Shown here: positions 30,814-42,463 of the stretch, one piece after another
Numbering within the stretch: position 1 is the stretch's first letter
How the letters are laid out: each line of letters opens with the position of its first letter
Origin: Escherichia phage vB_EcoM-RPN226
Direction: 5' to 3' (one strand)
DNA: 64,000 bases
Sequence record: OL770073.2
Position numbers and translations under genes: made by a program
The notes under the pieces: generated by a model
The model's database searches: none
What the model was told of the DNA's origin: nothing
Seen by the model: only the letters and a program-made list of their open reading frames with translations

Positions 30814-31944
30814 ATGGCTTTTACAGTTGATATAACTCCTAAAACACCTACTGGAGTTATTGATGAAACTAAGCAGTTTACTGCTACACCCAGTGGTCAA
30901 ACTGGAGATGGAACTATTACCTATGCTTGGACTGTAGACAATGTTCCACAGGATGGAGCTGAAGCAACTTTTAGTTATGTACTAAAAGGACCTGCCGGTC
31001 AAAAGACTATTAAAGTAGTTGCAACAAACACAGTTCCAGATACTGATGCTGAAACAGCAGAAGCTACTACAACTATCACAGTTCAAAATAAGACACAGAC
31101 AACTACCTTGGCAGTAACTCCCGATAGTCCTTCAGCTGGAGTAATTGGAACCCCAGTTCAATTTACTGCTGCCTTAGCTTCTCAACCATCAGGTGCATCT
31201 GCTACGTATCAGTGGCATGTAGATGGTTCTCCTGTGAGCGAAGCAACTAGTGCTACATTCAATTACACTCCTACTACAAGCGGAGTTAAAAAAATCAAGT
31301 GTGTCGCTCAAGTAACAGCGGCAGATTATGATACAAAAGAAGTTACTTCTAATGAAGTATCATTGACAGTTAATAAGAAGACAATGAATCCACAGATTGC
31401 ATTGACTCCTCCTTCTATTAATGTTCAGCAGGATGCTTCGGCTACATTTACTGCTAATGTTACTGGCGCACCTGACGCAGCACAAATTACTTACTCGTGG
31501 AAGAAAGATTCTTCTCCGGTAGAAGGGTCAACTAACGTATATACTATCGATACCTCATCTGTTGGAAGTCAAACTATTGAAGTTACTGCTGTCGTTACAG
31601 CAACTGACTATGATAGCAAAACAGTTAAAACAACAGGTCAAGTTCAGGTAACTGATAAAGTTGCTCCGGAACCAGAAGGTGAATTGCCTTATGTTCATCC
31701 TCTTCCACATCGTACTTCAGCTTATATCTGGTGCGGTTGGTGGGTTATGGATGAAATCCAAAAAATGACTGAAGAAGGTAAAGATTGGAAAACTGACGAC
31801 CCAGATAGTAAGTACTACTTGCATCGTTACACCCTTCAGAAGATGATGAAAGATTATCCGGAAGTTGATGTTCAAGAATCGCGTAATGGATACATCATTC
31901 ATAAAACTGCTTTAGAAACTGGCATCATCTATACCTATCCATAA
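30814..31944 (+). CDS. hoc: Hoc, highly immunogenic outer capsid protein
   Basis: 376 aa; repeated Thr-rich Ig-like segments and a capsid-binding C-terminus. Confidence 0.85.
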   Translation: MAFTVDITPKTPTGVIDETKQFTATPSGQTGDGTITYAWTVDNVPQDGAEATFSYVLKGPAGQKTIKVVATNTVPDTDAETAEATTTITVQNKTQTTTLAVTPDSPSAGVIGTPVQFTAALASQPSGASATYQWHVDGSPVSEATSATFNYTPTTSGVKKIKCVAQVTAADYDTKEVTSNEVSLTVNKKTMNPQIALTPPSINVQQDASATFTANVTGAPDAAQITYSWKKDSSPVEGSTNVYTIDTSSVGSQTIEVTAVVTATDYDSKTVKTTGQVQVTDKVAPEPEGELPYVHPLPHRTSAYIWCGWWVMDEIQKMTEEGKDWKTDDPDSKYYLHRYTLQKMMKDYPEVDVQESRNGYIIHKTALETGIIYTYP

Positions 31945-31950
31945 TCATAA

Positions 31951-31970
31951 GGGGCTTCGGCCCCTTTCTT
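31951..31970 (+). terminator. rho-independent terminator GGGGC-TTCG-GCCCC plus TTTCTT after hoc
   Basis: GC stem, tetraloop, T-rich tail. Confidence 0.6.
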
Positions 31971-32033
31971 CATTTTGAAAGCACACAAAACACAATCAGA
32001 AAACGGTATATATAATGGCATCAACTCGATAAC

Positions 32034-32249
32034 ATGAGATTGATTATGAGAACTGAGGTTGTGGTGTTTACACTCCATGAGTCTGGAAAGTCATTCATTG
32101 AAATTGCTCGTGAATTGAACTTACAGGCGAAAGAAGTGGCTGTATTATGGGCTCGAGCTATGACTGCTAAGAATAAATTTGAGACTCGAGAAAAAGTTGT
32201 CTATAGAAAAAGACATATTAATAAAAAGGTGAAAAATGGAACAGTATGA
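32034..32249 (+). CDS. hypothetical protein (24.3-like)
   Basis: 71-aa ORF. Confidence 0.45.
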   Translation: MRLIMRTEVVVFTLHESGKSFIEIARELNLQAKEVAVLWARAMTAKNKFETREKVVYRKRHINKKVKNGTV

Positions 32250-32514
32250 TCTTTATGAAAATGAATCTTTTGCTAATCAATTACGTGAAAAAGCACTTAA
32301 AAGTAAACAGTTTAAACTAGAGTGTTTTATTAAAGATTTTTCGGAACTTGCTAATAAAGCAGCTGAACAAGGTAAAACATATTTTAGTTATTATTGTACT
32401 GCTCGCGATAAATTGATTACTGAAGAAATTGGTAATTGGCTGAGAAAAGAAGGATTTAGCTTTAAAGTCAATAGTGATCAGCGTGATGGTGATTGGTTAG
32501 AAATTACATTTTGA
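32236..32514 (+). CDS. hypothetical protein (24.2-like)
   Basis: 92-aa ORF. Confidence 0.5.
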   Translation: MEQYDLYENESFANQLREKALKSKQFKLECFIKDFSELANKAAEQGKTYFSYYCTARDKLITEEIGNWLRKEGFSFKVNSDQRDGDWLEITF

Positions 32515-32523
32515 GGATTAATT

Positions 32524-33528
32524 ATGTTTAAAAAGTATAGCAGTCTTGAAAATCATTACAACTCTAAATTTATTGAAAAACTTTATAGTTTAGGATTGAC
32601 TGGCGGCGAATGGGTAGCTCGTGAAAAGATTCATGGCACAAATTTCTCACTGATTATTGAACGCGATAAAGCAACTTGTGCTAAACGTACTGGACCTATT
32701 CTTCCTGCTGAAGATTTCTTTGGGTATGAAATTATTCTAAAGAATTACGCTGACTCCATTAAAGCAGTACAAGATATTATGGAAACTTCAGCAGTTGTAT
32801 CTTATCAAGTCTTCGGTGAATTCGCTGGACCTGGCATTCAGAAGAATGTCGATTATGGCGATAAAGATTTTTATGTATTTGACATTATTGTTACTACCGA
32901 AAGTGGTGATGTGACTTATGTCGATGATTATATGATGGAATCATTCTGTAATACATTTAAATTTAAAATGGCTCCACTTTTGGGTCGTGGTAAATTTGAA
33001 GAACTTATTAAATTGCCAAATGATTTAGATTCTGTCGTCCAGGATTATAATTTTACAGTAGACCATGCTGGATTAGTTGATGCAAATAAATGCGTTTGGA
33101 ATGCTGAAGCAAAAGGCGAAGTATTTACCGCTGAAGGTTATGTATTGAAACCTTGTTATCCTTCTTGGATGCCTAATGGCAATCGTGTAGCTATTAAATG
33201 CAAGAACTCTAAATTTAGCGAAAAGAAAAAGTCTGATAAGCCTATTAAAGCTAAAGTTGAACTGTCAGAAGCTGATAATAAATTGCTGGTAATTTTAGCT
33301 TGCTACGTTACACTGAACCGAGTAAATAACGTTATTTCTAAAATTGGCGAAATTGGTCCAAAAGATTTTGGAAAGGTGATGGGACTAACTGTTCAAGATA
33401 TTTTGGAAGAAACTTCTCGTGAAGGTATTACTTTAACTCAAGCGGATAATCCTTCCTTGATTAAGAAGGAATTAGTTAAAATGGTACAAGATGTACTTCG
33501 TCCGGCTTGGATTGAATTGGTAAGTTAA
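32524..33528 (+). CDS. rnlB: RNA ligase 2 (gp24.1)
   Basis: 334 aa; KIHGTN adenylyltransferase motif; matches T4 Rnl2. Confidence 0.9.
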   Translation: MFKKYSSLENHYNSKFIEKLYSLGLTGGEWVAREKIHGTNFSLIIERDKATCAKRTGPILPAEDFFGYEIILKNYADSIKAVQDIMETSAVVSYQVFGEFAGPGIQKNVDYGDKDFYVFDIIVTTESGDVTYVDDYMMESFCNTFKFKMAPLLGRGKFEELIKLPNDLDSVVQDYNFTVDHAGLVDANKCVWNAEAKGEVFTAEGYVLKPCYPSWMPNGNRVAIKCKNSKFSEKKKSDKPIKAKVELSEADNKLLVILACYVTLNRVNNVISKIGEIGPKDFGKVMGLTVQDILEETSREGITLTQADNPSLIKKELVKMVQDVLRPAWIELVS

Positions 33529-33535
33529 ATAAAAA

Positions 33536-33551
33536 GGGACCTTTCGGTCCC
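33536..33551. terminator. bidirectional hairpin terminator GGGACC-TTTC-GGTCCC between rnlB and gene 24
   Basis: perfect stem flanked by A-run and T-run. Confidence 0.6.
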
Positions 33552-33557
33552 TTTGTT

Positions 33558-34841
33558 TTATTCATCAACGATAATTTTTGGTAATTTAACACCTAATAAA
33601 ACAGACAAATCTGAACGACCCGCCATTTTATCCATGTCTCCACCATCAATTATTCTTGCTTCTTTTTCATCTTTTGCTACAGTGTAAGGATTTGCAGATA
33701 AAGCATATCTAACCAATAAACCGATAGATGGTTGTAAGCTTTCTGGATCAACCACAACTTTAAATGCACCTACATGTTCAGGGTCATCTAAGTCGAGACC
33801 TTCTGTATACGGAGCATAGAAAATTGATCCGACAATTTCTTTTTCACCAATATTTTCTACTACGCCAACGATTACATAATCTAATGGGCTGTTAGTATCG
33901 CAATAAAGCGGTAAACCATTAGCTAAGAACCCATAGGCATTTTGTGAAAGATATTTATCATCTTCTGGTTTATGTTTTAACCAACCTGATGCAGCAAGAA
34001 TCGCAGCGGCACGAGCTGAAGCAACACAGAACGTTGCAGTATAAGTTGATTCTTTTTGGATATGCGAAACCATTTCACATACCATTCGGTATAATGAACG
34101 ACCAGCTTCAGGTGCAGATGCATAACTCAAATCGATGAATCCACTATCAGTAATTCCTGTAACTTTATAGCGTTTTGACACTGTAATCAAAGACTGCAGA
34201 ATATCTTTATTGATTTCATCTGCCATTTCAGTTGCAAGCAAATCTTCCAAGAAATTAGGAGCATCGAATCCATTTGCTTCTAAATCTTGCGCTAATTCAA
34301 CTGTGATGCCAGTTTTAAGTTTACGAGATTTAACCGCGGTTTGCCATTTATTAATCTGGAATCTAGCATCCGCAATTTCACTATCAGAGCTTTCAAATTT
34401 GCTTGTTGACGCTGCGTCAGAAAATAGACGAACCTTTAAAAGAACAATTGCAATCTGAAGAGCTAGCTCTAAGTCACTTTCTTGAATATCTGCAAATGGT
34501 GTATCTTCTAACACTTTATAGACGATATTATTATATTTGAATAAATCGCCTTTATTGAGAGTTAATTTAGACTCTTCTGTTAATTCTGTGATTTGTTCTC
34601 GGTCTACGTATCCAGCTTCGCCAGCATAAGTAGCACCAGTTTTAAATGTAAATTCGTTATCTGGGTTAAGGTATTTGATACCGTAAAAAGCAGCAACAGG
34701 TTGATTAGTTCTTTGCGTTGCTACAATGTCAGAATATATTAATTTAGTGGTAGCGCGAGTCAAAGCAACGAGATTTGGGCGACCGATTGAGTTGCTATTC
34801 GTTGTGGTTGATTCGCGCAGAAGTTCGTTGATTTTAGCCAT
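33558..34841 (-). CDS. 24: capsid vertex protein gp24
   Basis: 427 aa, same length as T4 gp24; paralog of gp23. Confidence 0.9.
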   Translation of the reverse strand: MAKINELLRESTTTNSNSIGRPNLVALTRATTKLIYSDIVATQRTNQPVAAFYGIKYLNPDNEFTFKTGATYAGEAGYVDREQITELTEESKLTLNKGDLFKYNNIVYKVLEDTPFADIQESDLELALQIAIVLLKVRLFSDAASTSKFESSDSEIADARFQINKWQTAVKSRKLKTGITVELAQDLEANGFDAPNFLEDLLATEMADEINKDILQSLITVSKRYKVTGITDSGFIDLSYASAPEAGRSLYRMVCEMVSHIQKESTYTATFCVASARAAAILAASGWLKHKPEDDKYLSQNAYGFLANGLPLYCDTNSPLDYVIVGVVENIGEKEIVGSIFYAPYTEGLDLDDPEHVGAFKVVVDPESLQPSIGLLVRYALSANPYTVAKDEKEARIIDGGDMDKMAGRSDLSVLLGVKLPKIIVDE

Positions 34842-34868
34842 TGCGCTTTCCTTTTGGTTTATATGATT

Positions 34869-34876
34869 TATTTATA
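34869..34876 (-). promoter_or_regulatory. late promoter TATAAATA (minus strand) for gene 24; a second copy lies at 34899-34906
   Basis: plus strand TATTTATA twice within 40 nt upstream of the gene 24 start. Confidence 0.5.
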
Positions 34877-34915
34877 CTTTTCACGTGATGTGATAAAATA
34901 TTTATAGGAGGATTT

Positions 34916-36427
34916 ATGTCTATTGATATTTATAAAGATAAAAATGGCAAGCTGAACAAGAACTGGAAAATGATACACGCTAAACACCCTGAAATCATTG
35001 ATAGTATTGAGTTGCCATATGATGACCCTAAAACAAAAATCGTTTTAGCGATAAACGGAATGACAGAACTTAGCCGCTGTAAAAACTGTGGTGTTGAGAT
35101 GGATATCTCGAAGCTTGGCTCAGATTATTGCTCTAGAAAGTGTTCAGCTAACTCATCTGAAGTTAAGAGGAAAAAGCTTGATAGCATTAATCTTGAAGAA
35201 CGCGGCAAAAAAATTTCTGAATCTCTTAAAGGTAAATCCACTGCAAAATCTTGGAATACTCGTAAGAAAAAGTATGGTGAAAAAGGATTTAGCCAAACTG
35301 GGATAGAAGCTATCAAAAATAACGGAGTTAATTCTAGCGAAAAACGAATTAATACAATGATTACCCGTTATGGAGTTAAAAACCCGTTTCAACTGGAAAG
35401 CGTGATTGAAACTATATCCAAGGTTCAAACAGAGAATAACACCGCACGAAACCATTTACCCGGTTGGCTGTATGATAAGAATAAATTTAAACAAGTTTAT
35501 TCTAAATCTGGAATTAGAGGAATAATCAAAAAATCTGGCTGCGGTGCAAATTTAGCATATGTTTTATCACGTGAATATCAGCTCCGAGATATGAAAACTA
35601 CTTCGGCCGAAACAGAGATTCTGAGTTTTATTAATGAACTCGGGTTTGAAGCAGAGAAGACGCGCCAAGTGATAGCACCTTTTGAGCTGGATATCTATGT
35701 CCCAGAGAAGAAGCTTGCTATTGAGTTCAACGGTCTTTACTGGCACAGTTCAGGCTCAAAGGAACAGGACATTATTAAGAATAACCATCTCAAAAAGACT
35801 GAGATGTGTGAAGCACAAGGAATTCATCTGCTGCATATCTTCGAGAATGAATGGGTAGATGATACTAAACGCGAGATATGGAAATCGGTTATTAGAAATA
35901 AACTTGGTAAATCTGAACGCATCTATGCGCGTAAATGTAAGGTACATCCGGTTGATTCTAGAGCTGCTAAAGAGTTTTGTGAGTATAACCATTTACAGGG
36001 TCATGTCCCATTCCAGAATGCCCTGGGTTTATTCTATAACGATGAATTAGTACAGTTGGTCACATTTGGCAGAGGCCGCTATCAAGGTAAAACCGAATTA
36101 CTTCGTATGTGCACAAAACGTGGATACAGCGTAGTAGGTGGTGCTTCAAAACTTCTCAAGGATAAGAAATTTATTTCTTATGCTAACCGTAGATGGTCTA
36201 TGGGTAATGTGTATCAACAGATCGGTATGAAACAGATTGGTGTTACTCCGCCGTGTGACTATTATTTTGATAAAGGCCGTCTGTATCACAGGTCAAGTTA
36301 TATGAAACACTTATTAAAAGACAAGCTCAAAGTTTTTGATGAAAATCTTAGCGCGATAGAAAACTGTTATAACAACAAAATAAGAAGAATTTGGGATTGT
36401 GGTAATATAGTTTATGAATCCCAATAA
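34916..36427 (+). CDS. multi-domain putative nuclease (zinc ribbon, NUMOD-like motif, Vsr/DUF559-like PD-(D/E)xK core, unknown C-terminal domain); candidate free-standing homing endonuclease
   Basis: 503-aa ORF with AGGAGG RBS; CKNCG...CSRKC zinc ribbon; EERGKKISESLKGK NUMOD3-like motif; FELDIYVPEKKLAIEFNGLYWHSS...GIHLLHIFENEW nuclease-like core; antisense between genes 24 and 23. Confidence 0.65.
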   Translation: MSIDIYKDKNGKLNKNWKMIHAKHPEIIDSIELPYDDPKTKIVLAINGMTELSRCKNCGVEMDISKLGSDYCSRKCSANSSEVKRKKLDSINLEERGKKISESLKGKSTAKSWNTRKKKYGEKGFSQTGIEAIKNNGVNSSEKRINTMITRYGVKNPFQLESVIETISKVQTENNTARNHLPGWLYDKNKFKQVYSKSGIRGIIKKSGCGANLAYVLSREYQLRDMKTTSAETEILSFINELGFEAEKTRQVIAPFELDIYVPEKKLAIEFNGLYWHSSGSKEQDIIKNNHLKKTEMCEAQGIHLLHIFENEWVDDTKREIWKSVIRNKLGKSERIYARKCKVHPVDSRAAKEFCEYNHLQGHVPFQNALGLFYNDELVQLVTFGRGRYQGKTELLRMCTKRGYSVVGGASKLLKDKKFISYANRRWSMGNVYQQIGMKQIGVTPPCDYYFDKGRLYHRSSYMKHLLKDKLKVFDENLSAIENCYNNKIRRIWDCGNIVYESQ

Positions 36428-36437
36428 ACGAAAAAAA

Positions 36438-36455
36438 GGGAACCCGAAGGTTCCC
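36438..36455. terminator. bidirectional hairpin terminator GGGAACC-CGAA-GGTTCCC between the 503-aa ORF and gene 23
   Basis: perfect 7-bp stem flanked by A7 and T5. Confidence 0.65.
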
Positions 36456-36477
36456 TTTTTATTTTCTAAATTAAATC

Positions 36478-38043
36478 TTAGATACCTTTCACGTATACAC
36501 GGCGGAAGTAAGCATTTTTACCAAGGCTATTCAGAATAGAAGGCATACCGCTCTGGATGCGAGAAGCCGGAGCCTGAGCAGCGGATTCTGCAAATGGGTT
36601 GATACCGATACCGTAACGAGTTTTGAAACCCATAACAGGCTGGAAATTTTTCGGATCAGAACCACGCAGCGGAGTCAGAGCTACATATGGAGCATAGTAA
36701 ATACCAGCATCCATTTCGTTCGGACCTTTATAACCTACAGTGAAATAATCCTGTTTAGCATACTGGTCGATATATACACGGTATTTACCACCCAGAACAC
36801 CAGCAAATACTGACTTGGTAGTATCAGTGTTAAAGCCGGTAGCCAGACCCTGTGCAGCATAAGAAATGCCAGTATCAACTGAAGCCAGAACGTTAACTAC
36901 GTTACGGGAAGCGATAATGAAGTTACCTTCACCACGACCGGTCTGACGAGCAATTTCAACTGCTTCTTTGTCAATCTGGAACAACAGAGCTTTAAAGGAT
37001 TCACCCGCCCAGCGAGCACCACGAATATCAATCGGATCCTGGAAGTCAAATACACCAGCTTTAGAACCCGGAGTCAGGGTCATACCAGATTTACCAACCT
37101 GAGCTGAGTAGTTAATCCAATCAACAACTTCACGGTTGATTTCCAGCATGATTTCGGTAGCCAGAATACCAGACAGTTCAGCATCAGCATCCATACCGTG
37201 AACAGCGCGGAGGTCTTGTGCTAATTCGATAGAGTAAGCAGCTTTCAGCTGACGAGATTTAGCTTCGATAACTTGTTTATCGATACGGAAGCCCATTTCA
37301 TTCCATGGGTTATCGGTAGAACCGTTGAAACTTTCCTGGAGTTCAGCGATAGAAGTAGCCATACCTTCAGCGATTTCTACCAGTGCACCAGCTTCCATTT
37401 GTTTCTTAATTTCAGCATCTAATTTAGCTGCGTCAGTTGCACTTGAACTAATTGTTACTTGAGCAGAAGCTTGCAGATACACAGTACCAGTGTCCTGGAA
37501 GAAGTGAGTATAGATATCACCTGCTGTGGTTTGTGTGCTAGCAGCCAGAGCTGCGAATTTCTTAGCAGCACCCTGACCAGAGAACATTGCATCTGGACCA
37601 TACATTGGGTGGAATGCTTCTTTAGCACCAGAAGCGACCGGGTCTTTACCATATACTGCGCGCAGTGCGAATACCTGGCCAGTCGGGCTGTTCATCGGCT
37701 GAACACCGCAAATATCGAAAGCAATCAGGTTAGGAATAGCACGACGTACCATACCCATAACAGCTGGGCCAATCTGAGTTACTGCGCCAGAAGTCTGACC
37801 TGCAGCGATGTTGGTAGCATTGTAACCGTGGTCACCGCCGATTTCAGCTTCTGTTAAGAAAGAACCAAATGCCTGAGCAATTTTTTCGTCTTTGTACTCT
37901 GGAGCTGTCTGGAAATCTTTTTCCTGGTTTTCAAAGATTTTAGCGATAATCGCTTGTTTGCTATTAGCAATTTCCGGTAAACCTTCACCTTCCAGTAATG
38001 GCTTCCATTTGTTCAAAAGTTCAGCTTTAGTTTTGATAGTCAT
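36478..38043 (-). CDS. 23: major capsid protein gp23
   Basis: 521 aa; MTIKTKAELLNKWKPLLEGEG matches T4 gp23. Confidence 0.95.
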   Translation of the reverse strand: MTIKTKAELLNKWKPLLEGEGLPEIANSKQAIIAKIFENQEKDFQTAPEYKDEKIAQAFGSFLTEAEIGGDHGYNATNIAAGQTSGAVTQIGPAVMGMVRRAIPNLIAFDICGVQPMNSPTGQVFALRAVYGKDPVASGAKEAFHPMYGPDAMFSGQGAAKKFAALAASTQTTAGDIYTHFFQDTGTVYLQASAQVTISSSATDAAKLDAEIKKQMEAGALVEIAEGMATSIAELQESFNGSTDNPWNEMGFRIDKQVIEAKSRQLKAAYSIELAQDLRAVHGMDADAELSGILATEIMLEINREVVDWINYSAQVGKSGMTLTPGSKAGVFDFQDPIDIRGARWAGESFKALLFQIDKEAVEIARQTGRGEGNFIIASRNVVNVLASVDTGISYAAQGLATGFNTDTTKSVFAGVLGGKYRVYIDQYAKQDYFTVGYKGPNEMDAGIYYAPYVALTPLRGSDPKNFQPVMGFKTRYGIGINPFAESAAQAPASRIQSGMPSILNSLGKNAYFRRVYVKGI

Positions 38044-38061
38044 TTGTGTTAACCTTTAAAA

Positions 38062-38871
38062 TTAGAAACGAGATGCGACTTTCGCATATACACTTACAAT
38101 ATCTTCTGCACCAGGTGCAGCTTTATCTTCTACAGCTTCAGTGACGAAATTCAGTCCGGCTGCTTCAGTATCAGGAGTATTTATACCCTCAGTAATAGTG
38201 CTTTCATCTTTATTAGACTTCTTCACCATTTCTACGATGGCACTCAATTTATTTGAGAATTCATCTGAATAATCCATACCTTCGACCAGAGCAGAGACTT
38301 TTTCTTTTTGAGACTCAGTCAGATCTTTAGTACTTTCGCTCAATGCCACTTCACGCTGCACATAATTGATATATGCGTCACGCTTATTGAGTTCTTCGAA
38401 CAGACGAGCTGATTCTTCTTTATGTTCTTGCAGCTCTTCTTCCATTTCAGCCACAACATCAACTGATTCTTCTGGAACAACAACGTTGTGTTCAACAAAG
38501 AGCTCTTTTAATCCACCAAGCATGGATTCAAACAGTTCGGCTTTGATGCCTTTATCAACTGCTAATTTATTTTCAGCGAGCCATTCTTTCGCAAGATGGT
38601 CAATGAATTTAGAAGCTTGCTCAGCGATTTTCTTCTCAGCTTTTTCTTCGGCTTCTTCTTTATTTTTTTCTACTTCTTCTTCTGCTTTTTCAGCAATTTT
38701 AGCGATATGAGATTCAGCTAATTTAACGGCGTGCTGCTTGACGGTAGCTTCGAATACAGTGCCGAAAGTTTCTTTTGCTTCCGGAGAAATATTAACTGAT
38801 TCGAAAATACTATCAAGAGCAACGGAAGCATCAATTTTTTGCGCTTCAGCAATCAGTTGTTCTTTAAGCAT
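38062..38871 (-). CDS. 22: prohead core scaffold protein gp22
   Basis: 269 aa, acidic coiled-coil, same length as T4 gp22. Confidence 0.9.
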   Translation of the reverse strand: MLKEQLIAEAQKIDASVALDSIFESVNISPEAKETFGTVFEATVKQHAVKLAESHIAKIAEKAEEEVEKNKEEAEEKAEKKIAEQASKFIDHLAKEWLAENKLAVDKGIKAELFESMLGGLKELFVEHNVVVPEESVDVVAEMEEELQEHKEESARLFEELNKRDAYINYVQREVALSESTKDLTESQKEKVSALVEGMDYSDEFSNKLSAIVEMVKKSNKDESTITEGINTPDTEAAGLNFVTEAVEDKAAPGAEDIVSVYAKVASRF

Positions 38872-38898
38872 TTTGTAGTCCTGTTGTTTAGATAATAA

Positions 38899-38906
38899 TA
38901 TTTATA
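38899..38906 (-). promoter_or_regulatory. late promoter TATAAATA (minus strand) upstream of gene 22
   Basis: plus strand TATTTATA about 28 nt upstream of the gene 22 start. Confidence 0.5.
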
Positions 38907-39540
38907 ACGCTTTTTTCATGGCCTCTGCAAGAGCCATATAGGCGTCATCGGCACTTGTATCGGCTTCCGCCGTCTGTGATTCGGTAATTTCCTTAGGAGT
39001 TACCCATGCATCTGGAGCACTTGGACCCCATACTGCATCAACACCTACAGTTAATTTGAATCCTTCGTTTACGATACGATAACCTTTATTTGTGTCAGTC
39101 AATGAACCTAATCCACGAGAAGAAACTCCTGGAATCCATCCGGCACGAATATTAGCTGCTAATTTATCTCCAGGACCGTGGTCACCTTCAATAACACGAG
39201 CTCGTCCGTATACGTCATTTCCTTTCCACCACATATCTTCTATAATGATAGCGGCTTGCATCGGGTCAACATTAGCGCGTGGAGGATGATTTAATTCTCC
39301 GAGAGCTTGTTTAGTTAAAACTTGCTCATTAATATAGTCTTTTACCGCTTTTTCTAATATGCGTTTTGGATAAAGACGTTTATTTCTATTGACGACTTCT
39401 GCTTGCATGAATATTCCTTCGATGTATAAACCCGGTTTTAAACCTAAGTCTTTTCCATCGTGGGATTCAAGCATTGGCACACCATCAATAATTTCGCCAG
39501 GTTGACCCCAAGTTTCAATTAGTAATTGGGGTTCATTCAT
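38902..39540 (-). CDS. 21: prohead protease gp21
   Basis: 212 aa, same length as T4 gp21. Confidence 0.9.
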   Translation of the reverse strand: MNEPQLLIETWGQPGEIIDGVPMLESHDGKDLGLKPGLYIEGIFMQAEVVNRNKRLYPKRILEKAVKDYINEQVLTKQALGELNHPPRANVDPMQAAIIIEDMWWKGNDVYGRARVIEGDHGPGDKLAANIRAGWIPGVSSRGLGSLTDTNKGYRIVNEGFKLTVGVDAVWGPSAPDAWVTPKEITESQTAEADTSADDAYMALAEAMKKAL

Positions 39541-39965
39541 TAGCTTAATCCTAATGCTTTACGGCGTTTAAGAGCTTTTTTACGCTTACGCTGAGCACGA
39601 GATTGACCTGCTGGATTGGCAATCTTCGTTTTGGTAGCTTTGCGAGCAATTTGTCTACGTTTTGCTTTAGACAGCCCAGTGGTTTGAAATGCATTGCGTT
39701 CGCGTGTTTTGCGATCTTTAGTACGTGTAATTTCACCACGAGCTGAAACGTGCTTAACAATGAATTCATTTAACGGCATGTTTTCATTAATAGAAGCTAA
39801 TGCAACTGCTAAATCAGTTTCATCATCAAGCATATTCTCGACAATTGTATTTATATCGTCTTTATTTAAAGCAGAAGACAATTCGTCAAAGCGACCCTGT
39901 GCTTCAGGAATAAGTGCTTCGACATTCTCGAGAACTAATTCATGAGTTTCAGGGATCAGAAGCAT
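39540..39965 (-). CDS. 68: prohead core protein gp68
   Basis: 141 aa, same length as T4 gp68. Confidence 0.85.
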
Positions 39966-40206
39966 TATTCATCATCCTCGTCTTCGTCATCTTCGTCAGA
40001 GTCTTTGTCTTTTTTGTCGTCTTTATCATCACCATCTTCGTCATCATCCTCGTCTTCAGGTTCTTCACCTTCGATTAAGAAATTACGAGCGATAGCGATT
40101 TTTTCTTCTTTAATTAAATCAATCGTTCTTGCAGCCATGGCTTCAGCAAATAATTTACGAGCGGCTACGAGGTCGTTTGATTTAATAGCTTCAATTAAAC
40201 CTTCCA

Positions 40207-40207
<1 letters not shown>
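39965..40207 (-). CDS. 67: prohead core protein gp67
   Basis: 80 aa with poly-acidic C-terminus, as in T4 gp67. Confidence 0.85.
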
Positions 40208-41832
<1,625 letters not shown>

Positions 41833-41864
41833 TTAAGCAGGATGGGGATTTCTCCCCATTCATT

Positions 41865-42356
41865 TTATTCCCAATAATCGAGAGCGAGAGTTACTTCAAA
41901 GGTTTGGATTTCATTGTTTGAATCCCAATCTAATTGAAGTTCACCCACGTTAGTAGGCCACAGACCTTTAATTTCGACTTCTTTTGTTACAGTTTTAGCG
42001 TCACGAGCATATTGGCGAACAACAGCGCTCTTTTTATACTCTGCTGGTTTTCCACCAGTAATTTCGTTCCCTTGCCCAGCAGCAATGCTTTGCCAATCAA
42101 CAAACTTCTGGCGAGCATCATGTGCCTCATCGTTCATTACTGTAACAGTCCAGTCATCGAATGTACGATCGCCTGCTACGTTAATTTTACGGTTCATGAA
42201 TCCGACTGGAATTTTTTCTACAATACCAGCTGGTAAAGCAGTGGCTTTACATTGAAACGTAAAATTTTGTCCAAGATAAGAAATTTCTACTTGGAATAAG
42301 TTAGGTCGAGCAAAATCACCAGATTCAAACGCTCGTGTTACATCATCTACAAACAT
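41865..42356 (-). CDS. 19: tail tube protein gp19
   Basis: 163 aa, same length as T4 gp19. Confidence 0.9.
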   Translation of the reverse strand: MFVDDVTRAFESGDFARPNLFQVEISYLGQNFTFQCKATALPAGIVEKIPVGFMNRKINVAGDRTFDDWTVTVMNDEAHDARQKFVDWQSIAAGQGNEITGGKPAEYKKSAVVRQYARDAKTVTKEVEIKGLWPTNVGELQLDWDSNNEIQTFEVTLALDYWE

Positions 42357-42370
42357 ATTAGCCTCTGTAG

Positions 42371-42378
42371 TATTTATA
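42371..42378 (-). promoter_or_regulatory. late promoter TATAAATA (minus strand) upstream of gene 19; second copy at 42430-42437
   Basis: two plus-strand TATTTATA motifs separated by the hairpin GGCCTG-CCGAAA-CAGGCC. Confidence 0.5.
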
Positions 42379-42463
42379 TCCCTATGTTTAACCTAGGGCA
42401 TATAGAATTAAAGAATTAAGGATATAGTGTATTTATATGGCCTGCCGAAACAGGCCTTTAGAA

